Source: Salpingoeca rosetta (taxonomy: Eukaryota > Protista > Choanoflagellata). Taken from it: a stretch of 64,000 bases of DNA. The position numbers and the translations under genes are program-made. The DNA lies in contig JAWQFM010000021.1 of the NCBI GenBank assembly GCA_033442325.1, forward strand, positions 1,021,692-1,085,691. The letters run 5' to 3'. Shown in pieces: positions 22,605 through 48,256 of this stretch; within the stretch, counting starts at the first letter, position 1; every line of letters starts with the position of its first letter. The notes under the pieces were generated by a model that was given only the letters and a program-made list of their open reading frames with translations, ran no database searches and was not told the origin of the DNA.

Positions 22605-23534
22605 ATTCGTGTGAAGCAATGGGTTGCTGCGACATGTTAATCACGCCCCTTCATCCCATCCCTTCATCACTCCCTTTCACACTCACCGGTCACCCACTCT
22701 TCTCTTGTCTCCCACCCCACAACCACACGACAGATGATCACGGAAGCTGGCGGCCGCTCAAGTGATGAAGCAACAGCAGCTCCTCTGCAGCCCTTTGGCA
22801 AGACCGTTGCTGGTGTCGCTGTTGTGCAGTGCAGCCAGAAGAATGCTGCCTTCAACGGCGCCGTGCACCGCAACCAGACCCGTTATCGTGGTCACATGAG
22901 CAGCGCCAACCACCCGTTCCATCCCAAGTACCAGATGGGTCAGGCAACGGGTGCGCCCATCAACGCCGAGGAGGCTGCTGTCCTTGCTCGCGCCACCCTC
23001 CACCCTGCTGGCGCTTCATCGTACAAGGTGCTGGACCCGGCCATGATGCAGCCTGATGTGCATCTTCGCCTGCAGCGCGTGTTCCATGGCGTGCCGTCGT
23101 TTGCTGTGGCCATGAGCATCCTGGGCGGCGATTTCGCACAGCTGCAGAAGACTGACAATGGCTGGTACGGTGCTGGCTTCTACTTTACGCACGACCTCGA
23201 CTATGCTCTCGAGTACACGAAGAAGTGTAAGGATGTGCCGCCTGAGCTGCAGCACCTGAATTTGCCTGCAGGCAAGCAGTTCCGGGTGGTCCTGGTGTGT
23301 GACGTGCAGTATGGCAACCCATACCCAGTGCCGGACGCTGTCACCTTTAACGGCAAGCCGCTCGTTGGCGGACACGACGCCCATGTTGCCGTCGTCGATT
23401 TCAGCACCGGCAGCAAGGCTGACGCATTCCCCCTCGCACCCACAGAATGGGCCAGCAAGCGCACCGCCGCCGAGATTGTGATCAACGACCCGTCCTGTGT
23501 CCTCGTGCGCGGCATCCTCGTGTTTGAGGCCTGA
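13771..23534 (+). CDS. LRR - coiled coil - TKL Ser/Thr kinase - PARP-like ADP-ribosyltransferase protein (~872 aa without microexons)
   Basis: Phase-consistent GT-AG exons 13771-13880, 19343-19405, 19530-19613, 19747-19888, 19995-20031, 20129-20233, 20352-20435, 20559-20642, 20784-21892 and 22734-23534. RI-like LRRs (ALAVALKSNHCLQTLDL), heptad region, kinase motifs VALK, HRDLKSPN, DFG and GTPLWASPE, and ART motifs VFHG, GWYGAGFYF, ALEY, LVCDVQYGNPY and AEIVI. Confidence 0.85.
14067..14069 (+). other. Candidate 3-nt microexon (AGC) of the LRR-kinase-ART gene
   Basis: Pyrimidine tract ttcttctccttctt, then CGCAG|AGC|GTAAGT with a perfect donor. Inclusion preserves the frame. Confidence 0.6.
14398..19276 (+). 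repeat. ~495-bp tandem array, ~10 units, each containing a candidate 3-nt microexon AG|NNN|GTACGT
   Basis: Triplets at 14474 CCC, 14947 CCT, 15446 CGC, 15938 CCC, 16437 CGC, 16932 CTT, 17431 CGA, 17931 CCC, 18422 CCT and 18922 TCG (spacing 473-500). Units also carry (GAT)n and (CATGR)n microsatellites. Confidence 0.93.
21497..22773 (+). repeat. Direct 629-bp duplication (21497-22125 = 22145-22773) with a 19-bp filler
   Basis: The copies appear identical, including a (GT)24 tract; offset is 648. The filler GACATGGTTTTGAAGGTCA lies at 22126-22144. Confidence 0.92.
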
Positions 23535-24334
23535 ACGCCTGAACGCAACGGCCCGCCACCCGTCCGCCAACAAGGTTGTTGGTGTCGTTTCCTCGTTGGT
23601 TCGGTGTTACATCTAGGCGTCTCGTCTCGTCATCCCCCTCCTTCACACTCTCAGCTCACGCTTGCCATTGCTGTTTCATGGCAGATTGTTGCTTTGTTGT
23701 TTTGTCGCTTCCTTGTTCCATGGTACTGGATAGTCTTCTGCCATTCTGCGTTCGTTGACGGTACAACGTTTTTGCAAGCTTCCATTCCTTCGTTCCTTTC
23801 GTTGTGCATGCACGAGCACATCGGCTCTTGTTGTATTTCTTTGTTCTTGCGAGGAAACACGGCAAATACTCACTCTTTCCTCTGCAATCCGCCATTTTAC
23901 GGTGCTATCAACTTTCCTCTGCAGTGCGTGTAGATTCTTCATCATCCCGCCTGTTCGCCTTTGTCGGCCCTTTCACGTGTTGGCACGTTACAGCTGGCTT
24001 TGGTTCACCGTTTCCTCCCAAGCACACTTGTTTCTGTTTGGTGGTCCAGTGGTCCTTCCCGTTCCCCCTCTACTTTTCGTCCTTCCCGCTTTTCGTTCCC
24101 CCACCACCTGCCCGTTGTTTTGCCCTTCCATACTGAATGTCGCCTTGCTGCCGTCGCTTGTCCTCCCCCACAGCCTTCATTCACCTTTCTCCTACCCGCC
24201 CGTTACGCTCCGTTCCATCTCTGGTCATACAATACAGCGTTCCCCGAAACACAGAGGGCGAAGGCAGCATGACTAGCTTGCGGAATTTTTGCTGAAGTTA
24301 TTCGTCACTTTTCCATAAGCACACAACCTCGAAG

Positions 24335-24362
24335 ATGATGCACCGACTGCTGGCAAGGGTGT

Positions 24363-24403
<41 letters not shown>

Positions 24404-25202
24404 TGTGTGTGTGTCTGTGTGTGTGTCTGTGTGTATGTGTGTGTGTGTCTGTGTGTCTGTGTGTCTGTGTGTGTCTGTGTCTGTGTGTGTGTGTGTGTGT
24501 GTATGTCTGTGTGTGTAAGAAGGCACCACCAGACATTGCTGCTTGTCATTGTGGTTCATTTGTCGCTGTTTCTTTATGTTCCGCTTTATGTGCAGGCGAT
24601 GCGCGCACGCGCCGCACCTCTTCGTCAAGGGGCGCGCAATGCATCTCACGGTGGCGCAGATGCACACAAGTACTCCGAGAGTGTCACGCCCATTGAGCCA
24701 AGCCCAATGTACGTTGGTAGTGTCGAATTAACCGTTGTTGTGATTGTTTGAGCGTTACTTCGCCCTCGTCCTTGTTTCCCTCCTTGCTTGCGTCTTTGTG
24801 CTGAGCTGTTCATTCGTCAACCTTCTCCCACTTAAAACGGAATGATGTTGCTTGTGGTTCTCGCGCATCGTTAACTCTGCTGCCACCCTTGCTGTTCCTG
24901 TGCGCTTGACGCAGGTACTCGTATGCGGCCACGGGCATGGGCGCAGTGATGTGGTTCTGGATTCTGTGGAGGGCAAAGCACGACCTTCCCCACCTCTTGG
25001 TACGCATGAGCTTGCTGCTGTCACCGATTACACCTGTGCTTGTCACAGTTTGCACATGTTTTGCACACACACACATGTGTTTGTTGTTCATGGACTGGCT
25101 TGTATTGACTCTTGACCCCACCCCACCTCCTCTCGCCATATTCAGGGCTTTGAGCATCCTTGGGACCACCTGCACGAGCACGGTGACGAGGAGCACCACT
25201 AA
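24335..25202 (+). CDS. NDUFB2: NADH:ubiquinone oxidoreductase subunit NDUFB2 (AGGG)-like
   Basis: Exons 24335-24358, 24596-24708, 24915-24999 and 25146-25202 give an Arg-rich presequence followed by ATGMGAVMWFWILWRAKHDLPHLLGFEHPWDH, the family signature. Confidence 0.85.
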
Positions 25203-25510
25203 GCGTACCACTACCATCGACAACCAACAGCCAACCAACCATCTGTCGTGAACTGTTGTCTGTGCTCCTGTCTAGTTCATGTGTCAATGTGTGCTTGTGT
25301 AAGTGTTCTTCACCCTTCTTTCTTTCTCCCCACAACTCCCGCTTTGGGTCCTCTCTGCGTGCTGCCGTGTCGTGTGTCATGTGTTGATGGATAACTGTGG
25401 TGTACTGGTTTGCTGTGTGGACCACAAGTGAATGAACAGCGTGTTTGTGATGAGACGACTGCAACATATGGGGAAGAGGAGAACTGTGTTGGAGGTGGCG
25501 GCCGCCTTGT

Positions 25511-28071
<2,561 letters not shown>

Positions 28072-28151
28072 GTCTGCGTTCGGCGTGCACTGTCTGCTTC
28101 CTCTACTTTCTCTCGCCTTTCTCTTCCTCTGCTTCTGCTTCTTGCATGAGA

Positions 28152-28165
28152 TTTTGGCGGGAAAA
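28152..28165. promoter_or_regulatory. E2F-type site TTTTGGCGGGAAAA upstream of NASP
   Basis: Same core as at 1151; 80 bp upstream of the NASP ATG. Confidence 0.65.
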
Positions 28166-28471
28166 CAACAAAACCGCCAAACACACAACAACCTCTTGTT
28201 GCTCTTGTTGCTCTTCTTGTTGGCCGTTTGGTTGCGTGTGTTGGAGGTGTGCAGCACTGCTGGTTGTTGGTTGAACGTTACAGTCACATCTCACACCACC
28301 GCTGACACTACCACCACGGCTGCTGTTGTTCCTTGGTTGCACCTGTTGATTTGCACGCTTGAGCGACCACCCTCTCCTCCACGCTCTCTCCACCAGCACC
28401 ACCACCACCCAAGAAACCGTTGATCGGTTGCAGCCAGCCATTCTGACCGTTGTACAGGACTGGCGCTTCTC

Positions 28472-28486
28472 TTTTGGCGCGCAAAA
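28472..28486. promoter_or_regulatory. E2F-type site TTTTGGCGCGCAAAA upstream of E2F itself
   Basis: Canonical TTTGGCGC within a near-palindrome, about 80 bp upstream of the E2F ATG (28568). Confidence 0.65.
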
Positions 28487-28567
28487 GCCACGCACCGCCG
28501 CTGCATATTGACGGTGCCACTGCTGCTGCTGCTGTCCCCCGACGCCTGCCGCTGCTGCTGCGCCAAG

Positions 28568-29516
28568 ATGGCGGACGACGACGATTCCCAGGTCTCACCG
28601 TCATCATCCGTGCAGGGGCGTGGCCGCACAAGCAAGAGCCTGGTGCTGCTGACGCGCCGGTTCATGGAGCTGATGCACAAGGACGGCGGAACCATTGATC
28701 TCAAGACCGCGCACACCAGACTCAAGGTCAAGCAGAAGCGGCGTATCTATGACATTGTCAACGTACTGGAGGGCGTGGGCCTCATCACCAAACCAAGCAA
28801 ATACGTCGTGGCCTGGCAGTGAGTATGTGTGTTTGCGTGTGCTCGTACATATGTGTGCATGCGTGTGTGGTTGTGTGTGTGTGTGCGTGTGTGCGTGCTC
28901 GTACATGCTTCATGGGCATAGTCTTCCTCACACCTCGTCCTCCCCGCCTTTAACCACACACACACACACATACCCACACACATACATACACACACACAAT
29001 CATACACACACATCCACAGGGCACAAGACACTGCTGGCGATGCAGAATACAGAGCAAAAGTCGAACAGTTGAAGCAGGAGATCTCGCAACTGGATTACGA
29101 GCTGACACGCATCCAGCAGGCCGTGCGTACCGTCGTCCACTCCACAGAGTCGCTGGTTCAGGACCTGGACACGCCGTTCCACGCCTACGTGACCCAAGAT
29201 GACCTCCTTCAAACACCTACGCTCAAGAACCAGCTCAAGTTTGCCATCAAAGCCCCAACAGGCGCAACGCTGACCGTTCCAGAGCCACACTCTTCCGTGC
29301 GTGTGTGACTGTGTGCCTGTGCGTCTATGCGTGTGTGTGTGTGTGCATGTCTATGCGTGTCTGTGCGTCTGTGTGTCTGTGCTTGCGTGTGTGCGTGTGT
29401 ATCATGTGGACGATTGTGGCACGCGCTCACGTCTTGACATGACACCAAGGTCCATTCTGTGGCGAGCTGCTGGTGCATGCAGGCCTTTTCCCCTTGCTTC
29501 TCACACCACAACATGA

Positions 29517-29562
<46 letters not shown>

Positions 29563-30068
29563 TTTTGCAGGATGATTCGCCGTATGACATTATTCTGTCG
29601 AGCAAGAGCGGTCCCATCGACGCCCTCCTCATCTGCGAAACCGGGGACAAGTCGGAGCTGCAGCCCGTGGACGGAAACCAGCCGCCACACAATGACGGTG
29701 GCGATACGCGTGCACAGCAAATACCTGGACATCAACTACAGCAACACCAACAGCAGCAACACCAACAGCTACAACACCCGCAGGGTGTGCACTCGTCACA
29801 GGCCACGCCAGAAGCAACCGACCCGACACACTCCACACCCCTGCCAACCGCGATACCACACCAACACCAACACCAACACCAACACCAGCAGCAGGAGGAT
29901 GCGTACTCGCTACTGGCAGAGGGGGATGCGCCGCTTCCCATTCCAACACAGCCGGACACAGTGAGTCAGTTGTGGTCCACAATCGATGATGACCTCCCAC
30001 CGGTCTCTTCGTCCGCGTCCGCATCGGCAGCGATAGCGGGCGGGCCGCCACGACCTTTGCAGCAGTAG
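28568..30068 (+). CDS. E2F: E2F transcription factor
   Basis: Exons 28568-28818, 29020-29296 and 29571-30068. [13 protein letters not shown]...[17 protein letters not shown], coiled coil, and marked box AYVT...[14 protein letters not shown]...[10 protein letters not shown]. Confidence 0.95.
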
Positions 30069-30736
30069 ACGATTACCTCTCGAATGATTCCAATGAACAG
30101 CGGCAACTTGTGCGTGTGTCTTTGTCTGTCTGTGTCTGTGTCTGTGTGTCTGTGTGTCTGTGTCTGTGTCTGCATGCATGCATGCACGCATGCGTGCCTC
30201 CTCGGCCTTGTCTGTCTGTGTCCCTTCTTCGCCAGCGCAAGACAGGTCATCATGCTGTTGAGCCCTTTCTATGCAACCTCGCCCCCCCCCCCCTTCACCT
30301 GCTTCCTCCCAGCTTTCCATCTTCATTCCCGCCTGCTTTTCTATCATGCCACGCGTGTTATCCCTTTGCCAACCATCCTCCACCATCCGCACCGTGCCCA
30401 TCCCCTTCTTTCCCCTTTCCTTCAGCGCTGGGTAGCTGAGGAGGGCATACACAACTCAACAGCACACGACCCAATGACGTTTCACTCGTGATTGTGTTGC
30501 GGGTGAAGGCGCCAGTGATGACGATAACGCTCATGATTGTATTCAACGCAGCGAAACGGCCACACAACGAACAAACAGGGGTGGAACCAACCACAACAAC
30601 AGCCACACGCCCCAAACAAGCAGTTGCTTGGTGGCGGTGGTGGTTAGAATTGCACGGGGGTGCATGGCATTGAGGGGTCGAAGGTTGAGCAACACGACGT
30701 GTGACTGGCATCGGCTGGAGTGGTGTTGGCTGCGGA

Positions 30737-30867
30737 TCACTCGCTCTTTTCGTGGAGACGGAAGACCTTCGTCAGCTCCGACACGTCATCGTACTCCTTG
30801 CTCTCCCGAATCAACTGCATGCACGCGTGGTGGTGGTGGTGGTGGTGGTGGTGGTGGTGGTGGTGGT

Positions 30868-30964
<97 letters not shown>

Positions 30965-31313
30965 TGAGAGGCAAACCCAAACATTGCATCACGTGGTGGC
31001 AGCAGAAGCGGGCAAAGAAGAAGTGTAACACAAGCACAAGGCCGCGGTGACATGCATCACAGCGCGGAGCAACATCACGTGCATGTCTCACCCTTCGGGC
31101 CACGGGAATCTTGTTGAAGACATTCCAGAGAAGCACACCGACGACTTGCTTGTCACGCAGGTAGAACACAACACCCTGCAGTGACATGCATAAGGATGAG
31201 CGGAAAAGGCACAGCGATGGTGGGCGGTGCGGCTTGCCAGCCGTCAAGCAAAATGAAATGAACACGAGGAACACCGAAGACGCATCGCGTGCGTCTGAAT
31301 CATCCAACACACG

Positions 31314-31364
<51 letters not shown>

Positions 31365-34332
31365 AACACGCAAATCAAGCAGGGGGCGGACCTTGCCATA
31401 TTCCTTGCTGGGTGCGGTGGGCGCTGCGCTGCTGCTGCTGTCGTCCACACCCTCGCCGCTCGACGACGACGCAGGGTTGGACTCGTCAACACCGGCCCGG
31501 ATGTTGCCGGCCTCCGTCGCAGCCTGCCACAGACACAGTGGTGGTGGCGGTGGTGGTGGTCAGTGGTGAGAGTGGAGGGGGTGCAAGTGGAAGGCGTCGG
31601 TCAGTGACCAGCAACAAGCAAGACCACCCATCCTTTGCAACACACACGCACACACAAGGGTACCAGCACACGTGTATGACGTTTGCGCCGCCAATGCAGG
31701 CATGCTGCGCGTACCTTTGGCGTGTCCTTCTCCGAAGCGGCTGCCCAGACACCGACGGTGCGGAGGGACGAGTCGACGATACCGATGGCCTCATATCCGA
31801 CCTCGGGGCCAAGGTCGCTCCAGAACATGCTCTGGTGGAAGTACGGCTTGCGCGCGCCAGCCATGTTCTCTCCAGCAAGGCGCCCTTAATGGCATGGGAC
31901 AGTTTGTATGTGTGAGGCAGCAGGTGGTTTGGTGAGAAGATATTGTACATGCGTGTGTATCTATCTTGCACCAATCGAGACAAGAGCTGCACCACCACAA
32001 CCACCGCCACCCCACCCCCACCCCCCATTCAGCTTGCCCCGTGTGCATGGGCTGCTCACCGCTGACGGCTGCGTGGTCGTGGTGCTCCTCGCGACGACGG
32101 CCAAGCGACATGTCGTAAAAGCTCGCAACGTCGCCGGCCTGTGTTGAGGGAGGGGAGGTGTGCGGTGAAACGAGTTGTTGATAAGCACACTCACAACAGT
32201 CCATAATCAACAGCGCACACGTGCAACCACAGCAGCACCAAGCGCAGCCATCCATCCCTCCAAACACACACGCCAACACACTCGAACACACACACATACG
32301 CACACATACACACATACGAACACACTCGAACACATGAAAATGCACAAACACACACACACGAAAACGCTGACTGCCACCACCACTGGACGCACCACCCAGA
32401 TGTCGCGCCTGGCCTCGAGCTCCGAGTTGACGAGGATGCCGCCCTTGACGGGATCAATCTCAAGACCACTCCGACGCGCAAGCTCCGTGTTCGGCTCAAT
32501 CCCAACGGCAACTGGGAGGGAGAAGGGTCGTGTGACAGTGAAAAGGCGTGACAGTGACTGTGGTGAGGGGGAGGGAGGAAGCACCCATACATGCGCACGT
32601 GTGTGTGTGTGTGTATGTGTGTGTGTGTGTGTGTTTGGGCATGTGCCCTTGTCCTTCCTCTCCCCCATGTGAGCGCGGTGTCCATTGGCGGCATGATGCA
32701 AGATGTGCAAAGTGTAGCGTGACGAGGCGTTACCGAGCACGTAGTCGGCCTTGACGTCATCGCCGTTGTCGAGGTTCAGCGTCACTTTCTTCTCCTCAGC
32801 TGAATCGCATGAATGGCGGCACAACAACAATTGGGTGGACGATGATTGGTGGTGAGCTGGAAATGGAGCGTGTTGGTGCACATGACAACGGCAGCAACCA
32901 CGCGACCACAAGCGGACTCCGCCCCATCCACAAGCAAGACGACACTGCTTTGCATGCAAGCACAACATGGTTCGCACTGCACCGTTGAAGGAGGCGTCGA
33001 CGACTTTGCGATCTGTGACAACATTCACACCGGTCGAGCGGACCTTCTTCGTCGTCCACTTGCACAAGTACTCCGGCAGCACCTGCGCCATGTTGCCTGC
33101 AATGGGGTGGAAGGAAGGCACGGTGATAAGATGACGGCCACAATCGTGGTGGTGGTGGTGGTGGTGGTGGTGGGATCGCGAGGAAACACAGGCAAACAAG
33201 CCAAGTCACTGTCATGCGGTGTCGTGTTCACAAGAGTGTGTGGTTGAACGCACCGCTCTCCGGGAAGACCTGCGTGACAGCGCCAGAGTGCTTCTTGCCG
33301 TTTGTGGCGAGGGCAACAGCCAGCTCGCTGGAAAGTAAATGGCAGTGGTGATGGTGGCGGTGGTGAGGGGGACGAGTCGAGAAGAGTGGTGCATCGGTGA
33401 CACATGGGGATGGACAGACCCACACACACACGCACGCACTCACGCACACACTCACGCACCTGCCGAGGAAACCGCCACCAATGACGGCCACGTCCTTGCC
33501 GCTGTCGCTCAGAGCACGAAGGCGCTTGTAGTCCTCAACCTGAAGGCAGGCGGTACGTTGTAGTTCAGTGTAGGCGTGAGTATGGGAACGGCTTCGTATG
33601 CACTCTCGCATGCATCATTCATGCATGGGTGCACTTCCCAACTCCAATGCATATGTGTGTGTATGTGTATGTGTATGTGTGTGTGTGTGCGTGTGTGTGT
33701 GTGCGTACGGTGCGGAAGTAGATGACGCGATCCGAGAGGTCGCCCTTGTTCTCAAACTGCCGCAGTCGCTTCGGGCGCCCGCCTGCACACACCATGCCAT
33801 GTTGAACAAGTGATGTGGGTCAGCGAAAAAGCGTGTGTGTGTGAAGATGTATGCGATGTTGCGGTTGTGGATGGGCAAGCAAACATGCGTCTGTGATGAT
33901 GCTGGCGCTGGTGAAGAGGACCGCCACCACCACCACCAGGACGAGGGAATGCAAGTGCGGGACCTGTGGCGATGAGGCACTTGTTGTAGAGGATGGCGCG
34001 CCCGTCATCCAGCTCCAGGATCTTGTCGTAGTGGTCAATCGTCAGCACCTGAACACGGCATGATGGTGGTAGCGGCGGTGGCGGCGGTGGTGAATGGTGG
34101 GCATTCGCGTGAGTGTGAGGTTGTGCTGTTCGTGCTGTTTATGCGTGTTTTGTCGACACACACACACACACACACATGCACACACATGAACGACTGACAC
34201 AAACGGCCAGAGTACGCAGCGCACCTTTGTCTTTGGGATGAACGCGACGCCGGCGTCATCGGAGGCCATCAGCTCATCTGTCGTCTGGTAGAAGTTCGGC
34301 TTGCGGAAGAAGATGCTGTGCACAGTTCGTAC

Positions 34333-34389
<57 letters not shown>

Positions 34390-35348
34390 AGTATTGTGAG
34401 TGTTGTGTTTGGCAGTTAAGAGGAAGCAGCAACACGGTGCAATGCGACGACACCACAACAACAGCAACAACATGCCAACAGCAAGACAACAGCTCACTCG
34501 CGCGTGCGGCCGCCCCAGTCCGTGAAGGAGAAGTCGTTCTCGTCTGTCTGGTCCTTGAACCAGAGCTCCTTGGAAAGTGGTGTGCGCGCATATGGGATGT
34601 CCTCCTCCGCAGAAACAATGATGATCTGACGCGCATTCCGTGGGTGTGCGTGAGTGAATAAGTGAGTGAATAAGTGAGTGTACATGCGCGCGCGTGTGTG
34701 TATGTGTGTGCATGCGTGCGTGTGTGAGTGGATAAATGAGTGAATAAGTGAGTGTGCATGCGTGCGTGCGTGAGTAAGCGAGCCATGCATAGACACACAG
34801 ATACGCACACACACACACAGACGAACAAGCAAGTGCAGCGTGAAAGCAAATGTGTGCGCATGGCCATATGCACAAGCATGTAACATGCGCACCTTTGCGT
34901 TCTTGTCCCGGTCCATGATGCCGCGAACGGCAAAGAAGGCGGTGGGACCGCCACCAATGATCACGTACGTGGCTGCAAGCGGAAGGTTTGCTGTGGACAG
35001 TGCAAGATGATTAGGGCCACAGATGCAGTGGCAGTGAGCGTTGTTGTGTTGTGAGCAAGCAGGCGCGTTGCCACGGATGTGGAGTGGCGCGCACTACAAC
35101 ACGAACCATTTCAAACCCATACACTCGCACACGCACACTCACTCACCGGCCTCGGGAGCGGCTGCCTCGTCCTTGGATGCATCCTCGGCTGCAGCGGGTG
35201 TTGTCTCAGACTCCTGCTCCTGCTGCTGCTCGGGCTCTTCCTTGGCGGCTTCGTCGTTGGACTCCGTGGACGCAGGGGTTGCGGTCTCCTCCTCCTTCTG
35301 CTCTGGCTCAGGGGCTTTCTCCGACGCCTAAGCGAGCACACATGCGCG

Positions 35349-35432
<84 letters not shown>

Positions 35433-35933
35433 CAGAACTTGCTCACATGTGTCGCGCCTGCGCACACAAACGTTTAACCTCTGCACGAGCGTTGCACACG
35501 TCACCGGCCAACAACCAAGGACAACAAGAACAAGAAGCAACAGACCTTCTGCTGGTGCTGCTCAATGTCCTTCTGGCTCAGCGGTGCTGTTGGGGGGCTT
35601 GGGAACAGCATGTCCGACAGCTATACCCACAAAAGGGAAGAAGGCCGTGGCCAGTGAACATGCCAGTAAACCACAACAACAAGTCAAACCAAGACAGCGC
35701 AGCAAGAACACATGCGTGCGTGCGTGTGTTGCACTTACGAAGTACGCGGCGGCACCGGCGCCAATGACGGTGGCGACGGCCTTGCCGCCATGAGAGGCGT
35801 GAGAGGAGTGTGCGCTGTGCCCGCCAGAGGTGGATGCCATACGCACACCACCGCGACGGCCAGCAACAGCCGCTCTCACGGCCACACGGCTCGCAGCAGC
35901 CCGCACACCGCGCACAAGACCACCAGCAATCAT
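30737..35933 (-). CDS. AIFM1: Apoptosis-inducing factor 1, mitochondrial (FAD/NADH oxidoreductase)
   Basis: Presequence [16 protein letters not shown]; [99 protein letters not shown], and C-terminus ...[13 protein letters not shown]. Confidence 0.93.
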
Positions 35934-36547
35934 CGTCGTGGGGTTTCTTCGTCTTCTCACACACGAGGACGGCAACAAGGAAATGTCCACTGAAAACATT
36001 CAGAAGAAGAAGCAAGATGACGACTGCTGTCTTTTTTTTTTTTTTTTTTTTTTTTTTGTCTGCCTGCGACCCCAGAGCAGCAGAAGAGCAGCAGAGCGCA
36101 GCGCTGGTTTCAGCTACAAAAGGTCTTCCATGCTGCAGCATCCATGTAGGCATTGATGCAGCACTTGCCGACGAACAGGCTCGCTCTCTCTCATCTCGCG
36201 AAAGCCATGATCCTTTTTTTAAGTTTCCTTTTCAAGTGCACCACACCTTTTTCAATCACTCACATTATGTTCACCTTCACGTTGTTACAACTTTGCATGT
36301 GTATGTACACAGATGTAACAAGAGCAGCATGGGCAGGCACGGTACAGGGGAAGGACTGACTGGATGGATGCATGTGCGAAAAGTGAAGCAGTGAAGAGAA
36401 AAAGCATGATTGACGTATTCATTTACTTTGTGTGTGTGTGTGGGTGTGCACAGGCACAAGCAGAAAAGCAAGCGGTCGGTGGAATGGTCGAGTGTTGAAG
36501 ACATTTCTGTAGTTTGGTCTGCTGCTCCTGCAGCGCTCTCTTTCACT

Positions 36548-47199
<10,652 letters not shown>

Positions 47200-48256
47200 T
47201 ATGCTGTGCTGTGCTTGCTACCAGGCAGCGACCAGTCAATCCCCCCCTTGTGGTGGTGGGTCGGTGGTGGCTGCTTCCGCTTTTTTGGTGCCGATGCGGA
47301 AGGAAGACTTGCTCCTTCTGCGCGTTGTTTCGGGTGTATGTGGGTGTATGTGAGTGGAGAAGAACGCGGGAAGCAAGGGAATTGATGCGTTGGATCTTCT
47401 TGCTTGTCCGAGCTCGCGCGCGTGGCTGAGGAGGCCAAAGCTGAGTTGGTTGTTGGTTGTGAATGAGCGTGTGAGTGCTGTGTGCTGTGGTGTGTTGTAG
47501 GTGGCTGGTGGCTGGCTCTGCTCTGCTTGCCTTTAAGGTCAAGTCAGTCAGTTAGTTGATTGTGGTGGGTGATGTGTGAGACGACAGGTCGGTTGCCAAT
47601 TTCCAATTGCGCTCGTCAGCTATCGATCAACCGCCTTCGTTTGTTTGGCCAGTGTTTGTCATGCAACAGAGAGGACTCAAGTGGGGGGAAGGTTTCGTTT
47701 GCCGACAAGTGAAGCAAGCAAACGTGTGCTTGGGAGTGAGGTTGCGCTCGAGCGAGAGGAGGGTGGTGGGCTGGTTGGTTCGCAGCCAAAGGAATGTGCT
47801 GCATTGCACTAAGCAACAAGGTCGGTGGTGGTGGTGCCAGGTTTGGCAGGACCCTTTCGTTTTGTCATCATGCGCGACTTTCGCTGCAGTTCGCAGTTCC
47901 GTTGTTTACGTCAGGCCAGAATAAATGCGAATGATTTCCACGAAAAAGGCAACTGTGTTGTTGGCGTGTATGCTTTTGTTGCTCTCATCTTGTTTGCTCT
48001 CGTCTTGTTTGCTCTCGTCTTGTTTGGTTGTACTGGAGCTTGATTGGTTGGTGGAAGATAGGGAGGGGATGAACTAACGAAAGACAACAAAGACTCAGAC
48101 GCACACTCACACACATCAAACATCCACACTGTAACAACGAAGGAAGGAGGAGACTGGAAATGCCACGCAGAAGACGCCAAGCAGCCAACAAGAAAGGGCT
48201 GGTCGGGAGCCACTCCGTTCTTCAGTCCTGCCGTGTGTGTGTGTGTGTGTGTGTCC

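Noticed and set aside
22253-22765. Separate 170-aa gene
   Set aside because: It is the duplicated kinase tail plus intron.
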